DNA from: a virus
Reading direction: 5' to 3' (one strand)
Length of the DNA stretch: 64,000 bases
IMG/VR virus record: IMGVR_UViG_3300042516_001464
Location: 3,812-67,811 of that record
Under the pieces are notes generated by a model. It searched no databases. It was given only the letters and a program-made list of their open reading frames with translations, and was not told the origin of the DNA. The position numbers and the translations under genes are program-made. How positions within the stretch are numbered: the stretch's first letter is position 1; each line of letters opens with the position of its first letter. Positions 60,400 through 64,000 of this stretch are shown here, one piece after another.

Positions 60400-61671
60400 C
60401 TATTGTTCAGCAACTCCCTCCTCCAATCGAGCCATATGCTTATGGAACCTCAATGGGATTATTGGCGTTGTTCCGTTCCTATTGTGTGTGATGTGAAGAA
60501 CATATGCGTATGGATCATCTGACTCTTCCGCTGGCATGATCTTTGTGAGGCTATCGCAGTCCATCTCAAATGTCCGGCTCTCGCGGATCGTGTTATCCTC
60601 GTTGAGTTGAGCAAGCAGAACCACACACACATTCAACTCTTTCGCTACGATCTTCGTCATGCGGCTGATCTCTGCTACTTGGCGTTCCCTGCTTTCCTTT
60701 AGATTGCTTGGAGTCACAAGTTGCGCGTAGTCCAACATAATAATCTCACACTTGTTCTCAGCAACTAACCTTCTTGCCCTGGCTCTAAATTGATTCACCG
60801 TCATTGAGGCTTCATCAACAATGTGGATTGGAGCCTTCATTCCCTGCGCCATGAAATTTGATACCTTGGCGAAGTCTGCTCTGCTGAGTTTCCCATCACG
60901 GAGATCATTCATTCCAATCTGTGCATGGCAGGATGTGATCTTGTCTACGAGTTCACCAGCGCCCATCTCAAGCGATATGATCCCAATTGGAACTTTCTTA
61001 TCTATGGCTGGAGTAGTAACCATCTGAAGTGCTGCTGTGGTCTTACCCTGCTTGGCGCGTCCAGCTACAATGTGAACCGTCTGAGGCCGGAATCCTCGCG
61101 TTGACATATTCCACTTTGGGAAACATGAATCATGTCCTCGATTGATTGCGCCTCCAGTTCTTGCCGCCTCTTCCCATGCCGTGATCCTGCTGTTGAATAC
61201 TTCCGCAATGTGAACAGATTCGGTTTTTGTTGTCATCATTCCGGTTATCTCACGGCTTGCGGCTTCCTTGATATCTTCTGGGTCTTGAGTCCTATCAAGC
61301 GCATCTGCCGCCATTCTCTTCGCAGCAAAGTGTATTTTTCTACGAAGGTAGCAATCGGATATTGTTTTGAAGTATTCATCCCAGTTAGCGGATGAGTAAA
61401 CAACAGTGTAGATTTGCGTGATGTAGTGTTCCCCGCCAATTCCCTCAAGAAGTCCGGCTGCTTGCAACTCAGAGGTTATTGTTAACAAGTCTATAGGTTT
61501 CTTGTCAAAATACATCTTAACCAATGTAGCCCAGATGTCTTGGTGTGCTGGAAGGTTAAAGTGTTCCAGTGTAATAATATCGGCAATTTTGCCAATGATT
61601 CGCGTGTCTTGCATGCAAGAGCAAAGCAAGCCTTGCTCCGCGCCCATATCGGACGGTAGTTGTTTTTCCAT
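60400..61671 (-). CDS. dnaB: Replicative DNA helicase
   Basis: AEQGLL N-terminal domain, Walker A AGRAKQGKT, ISLEM, LDYAQL, LAQLN, NRNG. Confidence 0.92.
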   Translation of the reverse strand: MEKQLPSDMGAEQGLLCSCMQDTRIIGKIADIITLEHFNLPAHQDIWATLVKMYFDKKPIDLLTITSELQAAGLLEGIGGEHYITQIYTVVYSSANWDEYFKTISDCYLRRKIHFAAKRMAADALDRTQDPEDIKEAASREITGMMTTKTESVHIAEVFNSRITAWEEAARTGGAINRGHDSCFPKWNMSTRGFRPQTVHIVAGRAKQGKTTAALQMVTTPAIDKKVPIGIISLEMGAGELVDKITSCHAQIGMNDLRDGKLSRADFAKVSNFMAQGMKAPIHIVDEASMTVNQFRARARRLVAENKCEIIMLDYAQLVTPSNLKESRERQVAEISRMTKIVAKELNVCVVLLAQLNEDNTIRESRTFEMDCDSLTKIMPAEESDDPYAYVLHITHNRNGTTPIIPLRFHKHMARLEEGVAEQ

Positions 61672-61682
61672 AGTCGAGGTCG

Positions 61683-61710
61683 ATTATAGAGAAACTTCAG
61701 AACTTGTCAA
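61683..61710 (-). promoter_or_regulatory. Consensus sigma70 promoter (TTGACA-N16-TATAAT) for dnaB
   Basis: Perfect hexamers ending 11 nt before the ATG. Confidence 0.8.
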
Positions 61711-61952
61711 CGCATTCCGAAAAGATTTAAAAGGTCTTTTAAACCCTCAGAGTCTTCAGACATTTTTCTATTGGGTGGAAGTTCGTTTGTATACGATTCA
61801 TCGTATATTCCTTCTTTATACGCCACATCGTATGTCGTCTCAAAGAACTTCTTAAATCCTTTTGCAGACATGACAACCTTGCCATCTACGAGTTGATTGA
61901 CAAGTGATGGGTTTTTAAGTAGATAGTATTCAAACAATTTTTCTTTACTCAT
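61707..61952 (-). CDS. Hypothetical protein
   Basis: 81-aa ORF. Confidence 0.55.
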   Translation of the reverse strand: MSKEKLFEYYLLKNPSLVNQLVDGKVVMSAKGFKKFFETTYDVAYKEGIYDESYTNELPPNRKMSEDSEGLKDLLNLFGMR

Positions 61953-61982
61953 TTTTTTAAAGCTATAATTATAATAAACATT

Positions 61983-63246
61983 ATGGAATCAATACAAGAA
62001 GCATATATTAAACTTTTAAATAATCAACAATCTAGTGGAAACAATGATTGGGTAAATGAATTTCAAGAACTTAACGCAACAAAAGATAAGGCAAGAAAAA
62101 GTGAACTTTTTGCAAAATTAAAATCAGACCTTGAAAAGAATAGCGGAGGAAATAAAACGCTTGTCCGAGCCTCTGAACTTGAGGGCGCTGGATTTTATCA
62201 CCCGTCATTAACTGGAGGGAGTATGTATTCCACAATTGATACAGAACGCGCTTACAGAGCAAAAGACCCCAATTCAGCCGAGTTTAAACAACGCAACATT
62301 GAAGCGCAGAACAAGAGTAAAGAAGATGAATATAAAGCAAAACTAAGAGTTGCACAAAATAAAGCCGCTCGACCATGGCTATTTGGTGGATAATAAAATT
62401 ATGAAAAAATACAACTCACTTAAAGCATTTTACGATCAACCCAAAAACGGCAAGAAAATTACCAAGGGACAACAGCAAGGTAAAAAAGGCTTTACAAAAA
62501 ATCGTGAGACAGGAAAGGTAACTGGAAAACAACTCGGAAAACTTAACTACTAAAATACTATGATGTATAAACAGAAAATGCCAGGATCAGAATCAATTTC
62601 ATCTTCATATGGAAAAATAATGGGTGAATCTGGACTTGATGCCGGAATGGAAATTGAAGATGCACAAAGAAAATCTTTTATGGATTTTATGCAAAAAGCT
62701 AAATCTGGACAAGTTCAAGGGCAAGGAAGATTTTCTGGTAAATATGAACCTACCGCTATTGGGTTTCAAAAATATCTTTCAGATAATGCGGCGTACCAGC
62801 TTGATCAAGGGGCAGGAGGCAAGGCATATTATGATAAAATTTCTAAAATCGATTGGAGTAAAATTTAAAACTAAATTACTAATATGAAAAAACCTATAGT
62901 TGGAAATTACAATTGGTCGCCACAACAAATGGCAAGAGTTAACGCGCAGCGTGAGGCGAAAGGACGAGCACCATTGGCTAGTTATAATCAAGCGCAAGAT
63001 ACTCAAGAGTATGATGATTATTATAATGAAATAAAGAAACGTGTAGGCAGTAGTGGCATTAAAAAAAGCCAATACGATATTGATAAGGAAAAGGAAAGTG
63101 GAACTTCACTTAGTAAGAGGATTAAAGAACGAGACACTTCATTTGGAGAGAAATTTGGAAAGAAACAAATGCTACCACAGGGAATGAGCGGATTTCGTGG
63201 AGCTATCTCTTATTCGCCTCGCGATTACGGGTCAGGCAATGCGTAA
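61983..63246 (+). CDS. Run of four small hydrophilic ORFs (61983-62393, 62401-62553, 62560-62868, 62884-63246)
   Basis: Tandem K/G/S/Q-rich ORFs with AT-rich spacers. Confidence 0.55.
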
Positions 63247-63322
63247 TTACCGCCTTGTTCGTCCTTCAGCAAATGCACATAAAGCAATAATTGCCCAAGC
63301 AAGAATTATTGCAAAAGTTTGA

Positions 63323-63529
63323 TCATTCATGGAGTTCTATTGTTTCGGCGTTATACCACATCGTTTCGTCTTCCCAATATAGCTCGTTCTTTTCCATGCG
63401 ATTTGTACCTCTTGCATCTGGGAATTCTTTTCTTATGTAGGCCATCATTGCCTTCTTGGTTTTAAATGCTGCTTCTGGAAAGCCGCGCCCTTCTCCTTTA
63501 AATGCGTTTGATAGAACGTAAATTTTCAT
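63323..63529 (-). CDS. Hypothetical protein
   Basis: Coupled to the deaminase stop. Confidence 0.5.
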   Translation of the reverse strand: MKIYVLSNAFKGEGRGFPEAAFKTKKAMMAYIRKEFPDARGTNRMEKNELYWEDETMWYNAETIELHE

Positions 63530-64000
63530 ATTCCAAGTATCTTTGCTCCGTTTGGGTATGTGCCTCGATAAATTTCAGATTGGTCTTGTTTAACAATAAA
63601 CACAGAAGGTTTTCCGCTATGATCCCAATACGATGTTAGTTTTGGCTTCTTGAACTGAACAAGCTCAATTCCCATTTTTTCTGCAACCTCAAGAGCCGTA
63701 GAGTCATTTGCATAAACACTCTGGTAGATAACTTTTTTTATCTTATATGCAGCTATGGCTTTTATGCAGTCACCGCATGGTAGAAGTGTGCAGTAAAGAA
63801 CATCGCCATCTCCAGGCTTAATGAATCTTAGCGCGTTCTGCTCTGCATGGATTACATACTTCCTGCGCTGATCACGATCAGACCAGTCTTCTTCTACTCC
63901 CTGTGGGAATCCATTGTATCCAACTGATGCGATAGAATGATCTTCTCGTAGGATTACAGCACCAACCTGATGCCATGGGTCTTTGCTTTTTTTGGCTACA
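63526..64000 (-). CDS. dCMP deaminase (start outside the window)
   Basis: Manually translated SKDP..QVGAVI...GYNGFP...IHAEQNA...PCGDC. Confidence 0.9.
   Translation of the reverse strand, partial: VAKKSKDPWHQVGAVILREDHSIASVGYNGFPQGVEEDWSDRDQRRKYVIHAEQNALRFIKPGDGDVLYCTLLPCGDCIKAIAAYKIKKVIYQSVYANDSTALEVAEKMGIELVQFKKPKLTSYWDHSGKPSVFIVKQDQSEIYRGTYPNGAKILGI

Overview
The window is a near-complete segment of a tailed dsDNA phage genome (Caudoviricetes, podovirus-like layout, standard genetic code, no integrase seen). Positions 1-22 kb hold tail/virion genes: collagen-like Gly-Ala-Thr fibres, a tailspike with an S74 chaperone, and a 3497-aa polyvalent protein carrying ParB-like, PRTase, C5-MTase and zincin domains. 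Positions 22-28 kb hold a glycosyl/methyltransferase cluster around an inverted terminase large subunit. Portal, scaffold, major capsid, decoration and lysis genes occupy 28-38 kb. DNA metabolism genes occupy 39-52 kb (phosphoesterase, RusA-like, HNHs, C5-MTase, replication initiator, exonuclease, ERF, SSB, Arc, TerS). A leftward cluster of small early-type genes runs 52-56 kb, followed by a non-coding control region, tRNA-Arg, an array of structured non-coding modules, DnaB and dCMP deaminase. The most unusual signals are: (1) a C5 methyltransferase whose motifs are split between two same-strand frames both open for ~2.3 kb, with an HNH endonuclease inside one frame; (2) a RusA-like gene apparently split across two frames in the same way; (3) an ~800-nt array of structured RNAs; (4) sigma54-type promoters with enhancer-like palindromes upstream of the early genes; (5) many apparently leaderless sigma70 transcripts. 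All calls come from manual motif reading; no database searches were run.
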